Positions 1-11,934 of a stretch of 64,000 nucleotides of DNA are shown one piece after another (the first letter of the stretch is position 1; each line of letters opens with the position of its first letter). Position numbers and translations under genes: made by a program. The notes under the pieces were generated by a model that did not search any database, was not told where the DNA came from, and worked only from the letters and a program-made list of their open reading frames with translations. This DNA comes from Auanema rhodensis. Its lineage: Eukaryota; Animalia; Nematoda. The stretch spans positions 20,584,001-20,648,000 of the forward strand of contig OZ059897.1 of NCBI GenBank assembly GCA_964057225.1. The letters run 5' to 3'.

Positions 1-1
1 C

Positions 2-36
2 ATTTTGACAAAAATTTTTTCGAAAAATTTCAAAAT
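2..36. repeat. Imperfect A/T-tract palindrome in each monomer (ATTTTGA...TTTTTCGAAAAA...TCAAAAT)
   Basis: TTTTTCGAAAAA (16-27) is self-complementary. ATTTTGA (2-8) is the reverse complement of TCAAAAT (30-36). Confidence 0.8.
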
Positions 37-138
37 AATTTAGCAAAAAGTAGATGTTTTTAGATTCCTTTTTTTAAGGCAAAGACGATGGACGATGTTA
101 TTCAACGAAAAAATTAATTCTTCAGGGTGAAAATCGAG

Positions 139-160
139 GATATAAGTGTGAACTTATATC
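139..160. repeat. Perfect 9-bp inverted repeat with 4-nt loop, GATATAAGT-GTRA-ACTTATATC (each monomer)
   Basis: 139-147 is the exact reverse complement of 152-160. The loop at 148-151 is GTGA or GTAA. Confidence 0.95.
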
Positions 161-177
161 AGTTGATATCTCGGTGC

Positions 178-228
178 ATTTTTAAGCTAGCGCAAATCTG
201 ATAACACAGATCGACGCAGCTTAAAAAT
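178..228. repeat. 51-bp interrupted hairpin in each monomer (11-bp, 3-bp and 5-bp stems)
   Basis: ATTTTTAAGCT (178-188) pairs with AGCTTAAAAAT (218-228), GCG (190-192) with CGC (215-217), and ATCTG (196-200) with CAGAT (207-211). The loop is ATAACA. Confidence 0.93.
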
Positions 229-311
229 CCGCATCGAATGCACTATACTACATTGAGAAACGCTTAATACAAAAATTAGTTATGATCGTTTGAAAAATGA
301 TGCATTAGTGT

Positions 312-339
312 ATGTTGAGTTTCCATGTACACTCAACAT
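312..339. repeat. 9-bp inverted repeat with 10-nt spacer, ATGTTGAGT-N10-ACTCAACAT (each monomer)
   Basis: 312-320 is the exact reverse complement of 331-339. Confidence 0.93.
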
Positions 340-3300
340 TGCTTCCAAAAACATTTTGACAAAAATTTTTTCGAAAAATTTCAAAATAATTTAGCAAAAA
401 GTAGATGTTTTTAGATTCCTTTTTTTAAGGCAAAGATGATGGACGATGTTATTCAACGAAAAAATTAATTCTTCAGGGTGAAAATCGAGGATATAAGTGT
501 GAACTTATATCAGTTGATATCTCGGTGCATTTTTAAGCTAGCGCAAATCTGATAACACAGATCGACGCAGCTTAAAAATCCGCATCGAATGCACTATACT
601 ACATAGAAGAACGCTTAATACAAAAATTAGTTATGATCGTTTGAAAAATGATGCATTAGTGTATGTTGAGTTTCCATGTACACTCAACATTGCTTCCAAA
701 AACATTTTGACAAAAATTTTTTCGAAAAATTTCAAAATAATTTAGCAAAAAGTAGATGTTTTTAGATTCCTTTTTTCAAGGCAAAGACGATGGACAATGT
801 TATTCAACGAAAAAATTATTTCTTCAGGGTGAAAATCGAGGATATAAGTGTGAACTTATATCAGTTGATATCTCGGTGCATTTTTAAGCTAGCGCAAATC
901 TGATAACACAGATCGACGCAGCTTAAAAATCCGCATCGAATGCACTATACTACATTGAGAAACGCTTAATACAAAAATTAGTTATGATCGTTTGAAAAAT
1001 GATGCATTAGTGTATGTTGAGTTTCCATGTACACTCAACCTTGCTTCCAAAAACATTTTGACAAAAATTTTTTCGAAAAATTTCAAAATAATTTAGCAAA
1101 AAGTAGATGTTTTTAGATTCCTTTTTTCAAGGCAAAGACGATGGACAATGTTATTCAACGAAAAAATTATTTCTTCAGGGTGAAAATCGAGGATATAAGT
1201 GTGAACTTATATAAGTTGATATCTCGGTGCATTTTTAAGCTAGCGCAAATCTGATAACACAGATCGACGCAGCTTAAAAATCCGCATCGAATGCACTATA
1301 CTACATTGAGAAACGCTTAATACAAAAATTAGTTATGATCGTTTGAAAAATGATGCATTAGTGTATGTTGAGTTTCCATGTACACTCAACATTGCTTCCA
1401 AAAACATTTTGACAAAAATTTTTTCGAAAAATTTCAAAATAATTTAGCAAAAAGTAGATGTTTTTAGATTCCTTTTTTTAAGGCAAAGACGATGGACGAT
1501 GTTATTCAACGAAAAAATTAATTCTTCAGGGTGAAAATCGAGGATATAAGTGTGAACTTATATCAGTTGATATCTCGGTGCATTTTTAAGCTAGCGCAAA
1601 TCTGATAACACAGATCGACGCAGCTTAAAAATCCGCATCGAATGCACTATACTACATTGAGAAACGCTTAATACAAAAATTAGTTATGATCGTTTGAAAA
1701 ATGATGCATTAGTGTATGTTGAGTTTCCATGTACACTCAACATTGCTTCCAAAAACATTTTGACAAAAATTTTTTCGAAAAATTTCAAAATAATTTAGCA
1801 AAAAGTAGATGTTTTTAGATTCCTTTTTTCGAGGCAAAGACGATGGACAATGTTATTTAACGAAAAAATTAAATCTTCAGGGTGAAAATCGAGGATATAA
1901 GTGTAAACTTATATCAGTTGATATCTCGGTGCATTTTTAAGCTAGCGCAAATCTGATAACACAGATCGACGCAGCTTAAAAATCCGCATCGAATGCACTA
2001 TACTACATTGAGAAACGCTTAATACAAAAATTAGTTATGATCGTTTGAAAAATGATGCATTAGTGTATGTTGAGTTTCCATGTACACTCAACATTGCTTC
2101 CAAAAACATTTTGACAAAAATTTTTTCGAAAAATTTCAAAATAATTTAGCAAAAAGTAGATGTTTTTAGATTCCTTTTTTCAAGGCAAAGACGATGGACA
2201 ATGTTATTCAACGAAAAAATTAATTCTTCAGGGTGAAAATCGAGGATATAAGTGTAAACTTATATCAGTTGATATCTCGGTGCATTTTTAAGCTAGCGCA
2301 AATCTGATAACACAGATCGACGCAGCTTAAAAATCCGCATCGAATGCACTATACTACATTGAGAAACGCTTAATACAAAAATTAGGTATGATCGTTTGAA
2401 AAATGATGCATTAGTGTATGTTGAGTTTCCATGTACACTCAACATTGCTTCCAAAAACATTTTGACAAAAATTTTTTCGAAAAATTTCAAAATAATTTAG
2501 CAAAAAGTAGATGTTTTTAGATTCCTTTTTTCAAGGCAAAGACGATGGACAATGTTATTTAACGAAAAAATTAATTCTTTAGGGTGAAAATCGAGGATAT
2601 AAGTGTAAACTTATATCAGTTGATATCTCGGTGCATTTTTAAGCTAGCGCAAATCTGATAACACAGATCGACGCAGCTTAAAAATCCGCATCGAATGCAC
2701 TATACGACATTGAGAAACGCTTAATACAAAAATTAGTTATGATCGTTTGAAAAATGATGCATTAGTGTATGTTGAGATTCCATGTACACTCAACATTGCT
2801 TCCAAAAACATTTTGACAAAAATTTTTTCGAAAAATTTCAAAATAATTTAGCAAAAAGTAGATGTTTTTAGATTCCTTTTTTCAAGGCAAAGACGATGGA
2901 CAATGTTATTTAACGAAAAAATTAAGTCTTCAGGGTGAAAATCGAGGATATAAGTGTAAACTTATATCAGTTGATATCTCGGTACATTTTTAAGCTAGCG
3001 CAAATCTGATAACACAGATCGACGCAGCTTAAAAATCCGCATCGAATGCACTATACTACATGGAAGAACGCTTAATACAAAAATTAGTTATGATCGTTTG
3101 AAAAATGATGCATTAGTGTATGTTGAGTTTCCATGTACACTCAACATTGCTTCCAAAAACATTTTGACAAAAATTTTTTCGAAAAATTTCAAAATAATTT
3201 AGCAAAAAGTAGATGTTTTTAGATTCCTTTTTTCAAGGCAAAGACGATGGACAATGTTATTCAACGAAAAAATTAAGTCTTCAGGGTGAAAATCGAGGAT

Positions 3301-6300
3301 ATAAGTGTAAACTTATATCAGTTGATATCTCGGTACATTTTTAAGCTAGCGCAAATCTGATAACACAGATCGACGCAGCTTAAAAATCCGCATCGAATGC
3401 ACTATACTACATGGAAGAACGCTTAATACAAAAATTAGTTATGATCGTTTGAAAAATGATGCATTAGTGTATGTTGAGTTTTCATGTACACTCAACATTG
3501 CTTCCAAAAACATTTTGACAAAAATTTTTTCGAAAAATTTCAAAATAATTTAGCAAAAAGTAGATGTTTTTAGATTCCCTTTTTCAAGGCAAAGACGATG
3601 GACAATGTTATTCAACGAAAAAATTAAGTCTTCAGGGTGAAAATCGAGGATATAAGTGTAAACTTATATCAGTTGATATCTCGGTACATTTTTAAGCTAG
3701 CGCAAATCTGATAACACAGATCGACGCAGCTTAAAAATCCGCATCGAATGCACTATACTACATGGAAGAACGCTTAATACAAAAATTAGTTATGATCGTT
3801 TGAAAAATGATGCATTAGTGTATGTTGAGTTTCCATGTACACTCAACATCGCTTCCAAAAACATTTTGACAAAAATTTTTTCGAAAAATTTCAAAATAAT
3901 TTAGCAAAAAGTAGATGTTTTTAGATTCCTTTTTTCAAGGCAAAGACGATGGACAATGTTATTTAACGAAAAAATTAATTCTTCAGGGTGAAAATCGAGG
4001 ATATAAGTGTGAACTTATATCAGTTGATATCTCGGTGCATTTTTAAGCTAGCGCAAATCTGATAACAATGATCGACGCAGCTTAAAAATCCGCATCGAAT
4101 GCACTATACTACATAGAAGAACGCTTAATACGAAAATTAGTTATGATCGTTTGAAAAATGATGCATTAGTGTATGTTGAGTTTCCATGTACACTCAACAT
4201 TGCTTCCAAAAACATTTTGACAAAAATTTTTTCGAAAAATTTCAGAATAATTTAGCAAAAAGTAGATGTTTTTAGATTCCTTTTTTCAAGGCAAAGACGA
4301 TGGACAATGTTATTCAACGAAAAAATTATTTCTTCAGGGTGAAAATCGAGGATATAAGTGTGAACTTATATCAGTTGATATCTCGGTGCATTTTTAAGCT
4401 AGCGCAAATCTGATAACACAGATCGACGCAGCTTAAAAATCCGCATCGAATGCACTATACTACATTGAGAAACGCTTAATACAAAAATTAGTTATGATCG
4501 TTTGAAAAATGATGCATTAGTGTATGTTGAGTTTCCATGTACACTCAACATTGCTTCCAAAAACATTTTGACAAAAATTTTTTCGAAAAATTTCAAAATA
4601 ATTTAGCAAAAAGTAGATGTTTTTAGATTCCTTCTTTCAAGGCAAAGACGATGGACAATGTTATTTAACGAAAAAATTAATTCTTTAGGGTGAAAATCGA
4701 GGATATAAGTGTAAACTTATATCAGTTGATATCTCGGTGCATTTTTAAGCTAGCGCAAATCTGATAACACAGATCGACGCAGCTTAAAAATCCGCATCGA
4801 ATGCACTATACGACATTGAGAAACGCTTAATACAAAAATTAGTTATGATCGTTTGAAAAATGATGCATTAGTGTATGTTGAGATTCCATGTACACTCAAC
4901 ATTGCTTCCAAAAACATTTTGACAAAAATTTTTTCGAAAAATTTCAAAATAATTTAGCAAAAAGTAGATGTTTTTAGATTCCTTTTTTCAAGGCAAAGAC
5001 GATGGACAATGTTATTCAACGAAAAAATTAATTCTTCAGGGTGAAAATCGAGGATATAAGTGTGAACTTATATCAGTTGATATCTCGGTACATTTTTAAG
5101 CTAGCGCAAATCTGATAACACAGATCGACGCAGCTTAAAAATCCGCATCGAATGCACTATACTACATGGAAGAACGCTAAATACAAAAATTAGTTATGAT
5201 CGTTTGGAAAATGATGCATTAGTGTATGTTGAGTTTCCATGTACACTCAACATTGCTTCCAAAAACATTTTGACAAAAATTTTTTCGAAAAATTTCAAAA
5301 TAATTTAGCAAAAAGTAGATGTTTTTAGATTCCTTTTTTCAAGGCAAAGACGATGGACAATGTTATTCAACGAAAAAATTAATTCTTCAGGGTGAAAATC
5401 GAGGATATAAGTGTGAACTTATATCAGTTGATATCTCGGTACATTTTTAAGCTAGCGCAAATCTGATAACACAGATCGACGCAGCTTAAAAATCCGCATC
5501 GAATGCACTATACTACATGGAAGAACGCTCAATACAAAAATTAGTTATGATCGTTTGGAAAATGATGCATTAGTGTATGTTGAGTTTCCATGTACACTCA
5601 ACATTGCTTCCAAAAACATTTTGACAAAAATTTTTTCGAAAAATTTCAAAATAATTTAGCAAAAAGTAGATGTTTTTAGATTCCTTTTTTCAAGGCAAAG
5701 ACGATGGACAATGTTATTTAAGGAAAAAATTAATTCTTCAGGGTGAAAATCGAGGATATAAGTGTGAACTTATATCAGTTGATATCTCGGTGCATTTTTA
5801 AGCTAGCGCAAATCTGATAACACAGATCGACGCAGCTTAAAAATCCGCATCGAATGCACTATACTACATAGAAGAACGCTTAATACAAAAATTAGTTATG
5901 ATCGTTTGAAAAATGATGCATTAGTGTATGTTGAGTTTCCATGTACACTCAACATTGCTTCCAAAAACATTTTGACAAAAATTTTTTCGAAAAATTTCAA
6001 AATAATTTAGCAAAAAGTAGATGTTTTTAGATTCCTTTTTTCAAGGCAAAGACGATGGACAATGTTATTCAACGAAAAAATTATTTCTTCAGGGTGAAAA
6101 TCGAGGATATAAGTGTGAACTTATATCAGTTGATATCTCGGTGCATTTTTAAGCTAGCGCAAATCTGATAACACAGATCGACGCAGCTTAAAAATCCGCA
6201 TCGAATGCACTATACTACATTGAGAAACGCTCAATACAAAAATTAGTTATGATCGTTTGAAAAATGATGCATTAGTGTATGTTGAGTTTCCATGTACACT

Positions 6301-7020
6301 CAACATTGCTTCCAAAAACATTTTGACAAAAATTTTTTCGAAAAATTTCAAAATAATTTAGCAAAAAGTAGATGTTTTTAGATTCCTTTTTTCAAGGCAA
6401 AGACGATGGACAATGTTATTTAACGAAAAAATTAATTCTTCAGGGTGAAAATCGAGGATATAAGTGTAAACTTATATCAGTTGATATCTCGGTACATTTT
6501 TAAGCTAGCGCAAATCTGATAACACAGATCGACGCAGCTTAAAAATCCGCATCGAATGCACTATACTACATGGAAGAACGCTTAATACAAAAATTAGTTA
6601 TGATCGTTTGAAAAATGATGCATTAGTGTATGTTGAGATTCCATGTACACTCAACATTGCTTCCAAAAACATTTTGACAAAAATTTTTTCGAAAAATTTC
6701 AAAATAATTTAGCAAAAAGTAGATGTTTTTAGATTCCTTTTTTCAAGGCAAAGACGATGGACAATGTTATTCAACGAAAAAATTAATTCTTCAGGGTGAA
6801 AATCGAGGATATAAGTGTGAACTTATATCAGTTGATATCTCGGTACATTTTTAAGCTAGCGCAAATCTGATAACACAGATCGACGCAGCTTAAAAATCCG
6901 CATCGAATGCACTATACTACATGGAAGAACGCTAAATACAAAAATTAGTTATGATCGTTTGGAAAATGATGCATTAGTGTATGTTGAGTTTCCATGTACA
7001 CTCAACATTGCTTCCAAAAA

Positions 7021-10000
7021 CATTTTGACAAAAATTTTTTCGAAAAATTTCAAAATAATTTAGCAAAAAGTAGATGTTTTTAGATTCCTTTTTTCAAGGC
7101 AAAGACGATGGACAATGTTATTTAAGGAAAAAATTAATTCTTCAGGGTGAAAATCGAGGATATAAGTGTGAACTTATATCAGTTGATATCTCGGTGCATT
7201 TTTAAGCTAGCGCAAATCTGATAACACAGATCGACGCAGCTTAAAAATCCGCATCGAATGCACTATACGACATTGAGAAACGCTTAATACAAAAATTAGT
7301 TATGATCGTTTGAAAAATGATGCATTAGTGTATGTTGAGATTCCATGTACACTCAACATTGCTTCCAAAAACATTTTGACAAAAATTTTTTCGAAAAATT
7401 TCAAAATAATTTAGCAAAAAGTAGATGTTTTTAGATTCCTTTTTTCAAGGCAAAGACGATGGACAATGTTATTCAACGAAAAAATTAATTCTTCAGGGTG
7501 AAAATCGAGGATATAAGTGTGAACTTATATCAGTTGATATCTCGGTACATTTTTAAGCTAGCGCAAATCTGATAACACAGATCGACGCAGCTTAAAAATC
7601 CGCATCGAATGCACTATACTACATGGAAGAACGCTCAATACAAAAATTAGTTATGATCGTTTGGAAAATGATGCATTAGTGTATGTTGAGTTTCCATGTA
7701 CACTCAACATTGCTTCCAAAAACATTTTGACAAAAATTTTTTCGAAAAATTTCAAAATAATTTAGCAAAAAGTAGATGTTTTTAGATTCCTTTTTTCAAG
7801 GCAAAGACGATGGACAATGTTATTTAAGGAAAAAATTAATTCTTCAGGGTGAAAATCGAGGATATAAGTGTGAACTTATATCAGTTGATATCTCGGTGCA
7901 TTTTTAAGCTAGCGCAAATCTGATAACACAGATCGACGCAGCTTAAAAATCCGCATCGAATGCACTATACTACATAGAAGAACGCTTAATACAAAAATTA
8001 GTTATGATCGTTTGAAAAATGATGCATTAGTGTATGTTGAGTTTCCATGTACACTCAACATTGCTTCCAAAAACATTTTGACAAAAATTTTTTCGAAAAA
8101 TTTCAAAATAATTTAGCAAAAAGTAGATGTTTTTAGATTCCTTTTTTCAAGGCAAAGACGATGGACAATGTTATTCAACGAAAAAATTATTTCTTCAGGG
8201 TGAAAATCGAGGATATAAGTGTGAACTTATATCAGTTGATATCTCGGTGCATTTTTAAGCTAGCGCAAATCTGATAACACAGATCGACGCAGCTTAAAAA
8301 TCCGCATCGAATGCACTATACTACATTGAGAAACGCTCAATACAAAAATTAGTTATGATCGTTTGAAAAATGATGCATTAGTGTATGTTGAGTTTCCATG
8401 TACACTCAACATTGCTTCCAAAAACATTTTGACAAAAATTTTTTCGAAAAATTTCAAAATAATTTAGCAAAAAGTAGATGTTTTTAGATTCCTTTTTTCA
8501 AGGCAAAGACGATGGACAATGTTATTTAACGAAAAAATTAATTCTTCAGGGTGAAAATCGAGGATATAAGTGTAAACTTATATCAGTTGATATCTCGGTA
8601 CATTTTTAAGCTAGCGCAAATCTGATAACACAGATCGACGCAGCTTAAAAATCCGCATCGAATGCACTATACTACATGGAAGAACGCTTAATACAAAAAT
8701 TAGTTATGATCGTTTGGAAAATGATGCATTAGTGTATGTTGAGTTTCCATGTACACTCAACATTGCTTCCAAAAACATTTTGACAAAAATTTTTTCGAAA
8801 AATTTCAAAATAATTTAGCAAAAAGTAGATGTTTTTAGATTCCTTTTTTCAAGGCAAAGACGATGGACAATGTTATTTAAGGAAAAAATTAATTCTTCAG
8901 GGTGAAAATCGAGGATATAAGTGTGAACTTATATCAGTTGATATCTCGGTGCATTTTTAAGCTAGCGCAAATCTGATAACACAGATCGACGCAGCTTAAA
9001 AATCCGCATCGAATGCACTATACTACATAGAAGAACGCTTAATACAAAAATTAGTTATGATCGTTTGAAAAATGATGCATTAGTGTATGTTGAGTTTCCA
9101 TGTACACTCAACATTGCTTCCAAAAACATTTTGACAAAAATTTTTTCGAAAAATTTCAAAATAATTTAGCAAAAAGTAGATGTTTTTAGATTCCTTTTTT
9201 CAAGGCAAAGACGATGGACAATGTTATTCAACGAAAAAATTAATTCTTCAGGGTGAAAATCGAGGATATAAGTGTGAACTTATATCAGTTGATATCTCGG
9301 TGCATTTTTAAGCTAGCGCAAATCTGATAACACAGATCGACGCAGCTTAAAAATCCGCATCGAATGCACTATACTACATTGAGAAACGCTCAATACAAAA
9401 ATTAGTTATGATCGTTTGAAAAATGATGCATTAGTGTATGTTGAGTTTCCATGTACACTCAACATTGCTTCCAAAAACATTTTGACAAAAATTTTTTCGA
9501 AAAATTTCAAAATAATTTAGCAAAAAGTAGATGTTTTTAGATTCCTTTTTTCAAGGCAAAGACGATGGACAATGTTATTTAACGAAAAAATTAATTCTTC
9601 AGGGTGAAAATCGAGGATATAAGTGTGAACTTATATCAGTTGATATCTCGGTGCATTTTTAAGCTAGCGCAAATCTGATAACACAGATCGACGCAGCTTA
9701 AAAATCCGCATCGAATGCACTATACGACATTGAGAAACGCTTAATACAAAAATTAGTTATGATCGTTTGAAAAATGATGCATTAGTGTATGTTGAGATTC
9801 CATGTACACTCAACATTGCTTCCAAAAACATTTTGACAAAAATTTTTTCGAAAAATTTCAAAATAATTTAGCAAAAAGTAGATGTTTTTAGATTCCTTTT
9901 TTCAAGGCAAAGACGATGGACAATGTTATTCAACGAAAAAATTAATTCTTCAGGGTGAAAATCGAGGATATAAGTGTGAACTTATATCAGTTGATATCTC

Positions 10001-11934
10001 GGTACATTTTTAAGCTAGCGCAAATCTGATAACACAGATCGACGCAGCTTAAAAATCCGCATCGAATGCACTATACTACATGGAAGAACGCTCAATACAA
10101 AAATTAGTTATGATCGTTTGGAAAATGATGCATTAGTGTATGTTGAGTTTCCATGTACACTCAACATTGCTTCCAAAAACATTTTGACAAAAATTTTTTC
10201 GAAAAATTTCAAAATAATTTAGCGAAAAGTAGATGTTTTTAGATTCCTTTTTTCAAGGCAAAGACGATGGACAATGTTATTTAAGGAAAAAATTAATTCT
10301 TCAGGGTGAAAATCGAGGATATAAGTGTGAACTTATATCAGTTGATATCTCGGTGCATTTTTAAGCTAGCGCAAATCTGATAACACAGATCGACGCAGCT
10401 TAAAAATCCGCATCGAATGCACTATACTACATAGAAGAACGCTTAATACAAAAATTAGTTATGATCGTTTGAAAAATGATGCATTAGTGTATGTTGAGTT
10501 TCCATGTACACTCAACATTGCTTCCAAAAACATTTTGACAAAAATTTTTTCGAAAAATTTCAAAATAATTTAGCAAAAAGTAGATGTTTTTAGATTCCTT
10601 TTTTCAAGGCAAAGACGATGGACAATGTTATTCAACGAAAAAATTATTTCTTCAGGGTGAAAATCGAGGATATAAGTGTGAACTTATATCAGTTGATATC
10701 TCGGTGCATTTTTAAGCTAGCGCAAATCTGATAACACAGATCGACGCAGCTTAAAAATCCGCATCGAATGCACTATACTACATTGAGAAACGCTCAATAC
10801 AAAAATTAGTTATGATCGTTTGAAAAATGATGCATTAGTGTATGTTGAGTTTCCATGTACACTCAACATTGCTTCCAAAAACATTTTGACAAAAATTTTT
10901 TCGAAAAATTTCAAAATAATTTAGCAAAAAGTAGATGTTTTTAGATTCCTTTTTTCAAGGCAAAGACGATGGACAATGTTATTTAACGAAAAAATTAATT
11001 CTTCAGGGTGAAAATCGAGGATATAAGTGTAAACTTATATCAGTTGATATCTCGGTACATTTTTAAGCTAGCGCAAATCTGATAACACAGATCGACGCAG
11101 CTTAAAAATCCGCATCGAATGCACTATACTACATGGAAGAACGCTTAATACAAAAATTAGTTATGATCGTTTGGAAAATGATGCATTAGTGTATGTTGAG
11201 TTTCCATGTACACTCAACATTGCTTCCAAAAACATTTTGACAAAAATTTTTTCGAAAAATTTCAAAATAATTTAGCAAAAAGTAGATGTTTTTAGATTCC
11301 TTTTTTCAAGGCAAAGACGATGGACAATGTTATTTAAGGAAAAAATTAATTCTTCAGGGTGAAAATCGAGGATATAAGTGTGAACTTATATCAGTTGATA
11401 TCTCGGTGCATTTTTAAGCTAGCGCAAATCTGATAACACAGATCGACGCAGCTTAAAAATCCGCATCGAATGCACTATACTACATAGAAGAACGCTTAAT
11501 ACAAAAATTAGTTATGATCGTTTGAAAAATGATGCATTAGTGTATATTGAGTTTCCATGTACACTCAACATTGCTTCCAAAAACATTTTGACAAAAATTT
11601 TTTCGAAAAATTTCAAAATAATTTAGCAAAAAGTAGATGTTTTTAGATTCCTTTTTTCAAGGCAAAGACGATGGACAATGTTATTCAACGAAAAAATTAA
11701 TTCTTCAGGGTGAAAATCGAGGATATAAGTGTGAACTTATATCAGTTGATATCTCGGTGCATTTTTAAGCTAGCGCAAATCTGATAACACAGATCGACGC
11801 AGCTTAAAAATCCGCATCGAATGCACTATACTACATTGAGAAACGCTCAATACAAAAATTAGTTATGATCGTTTGAAAAATGATGCATTAGTGTATGTTG
11901 AGTTTCCATGTACACTCAACATTGCTTCCAAAAA
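7021..11934. repeat. Local 7-mer higher-order duplication (2457-bp offset), approximate boundaries
   Basis: The TAAGG variants near 7827/8880 recur near 10284/11337. The order of monomer haplotypes at 7372-9477 is repeated at 9829-11934. Confidence 0.85.

Larger units (their letters stand above)
1..351. repeat. Representative 351-bp satellite monomer (phase arbitrary; about 31% GC, 12 CpG, A/T-tract rich)
   Basis: Direct comparison of consecutive units. A hand count of the consensus gives about 110/351 G+C. Confidence 0.98.

Noticed and set aside
70-125. Minus-strand CUGAAGA (reverse complement of TCTTCAG at 119-125) followed by GAAA
   Set aside because: No stem II forms between the motifs and no stem I or III partners were found. 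The frequent C123T variant destroys the motif.
139-190. Helitron 3' end (hairpin followed by CTAG at 187-190)
   Set aside because: The hairpin is AT-rich and lies about 26 bp from the CTAG, which itself sits inside another stem. There are no other element hallmarks.
198-291. Hammerhead-ribozyme-like words on the + strand (CTGATAA at 198-204, GAAAC at 257-261, CGTT at 287-290), checked because some newt, cricket and schistosome satellites encode hammerheads
   Set aside because: The core reads CUGAUAA rather than CUGANGA, which breaks the C3-G8 pair. I could not build stems I and II, and GAAAC is absent in the common GGAAG/AGAAG alleles. An Infernal/Rfam search would settle it.
139-339. Hairpins as bacterial intrinsic terminators or operators
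   Set aside because: The stems are AT-rich with no adjacent U-tract, there are no genes to regulate, and the context is a eukaryote-type satellite array.
1-351. Monomer as an ancient dimer of about 175-bp subunits
   Set aside because: Only CATTTT matches at an offset of 176 (positions 1 and 177). I saw no extended similarity between the halves by eye.
1-351. Tandem 5S rRNA, tRNA, snRNA or spliced-leader gene array
   Set aside because: I recognised no conserved RNA gene sequence, cloverleaf, Pol III A/B/C boxes or spliced-leader exon on either strand.
2293-2490. 65-aa minus-strand ORF from the ORF track
   Set aside because: It exists only because a private T>G at 2386 (TAGGTATG versus consensus TAGTTATG) turns a minus-strand TAA into TAC in one monomer. 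It has a TTG start, spans a monomer junction and shows no recognisable domain.
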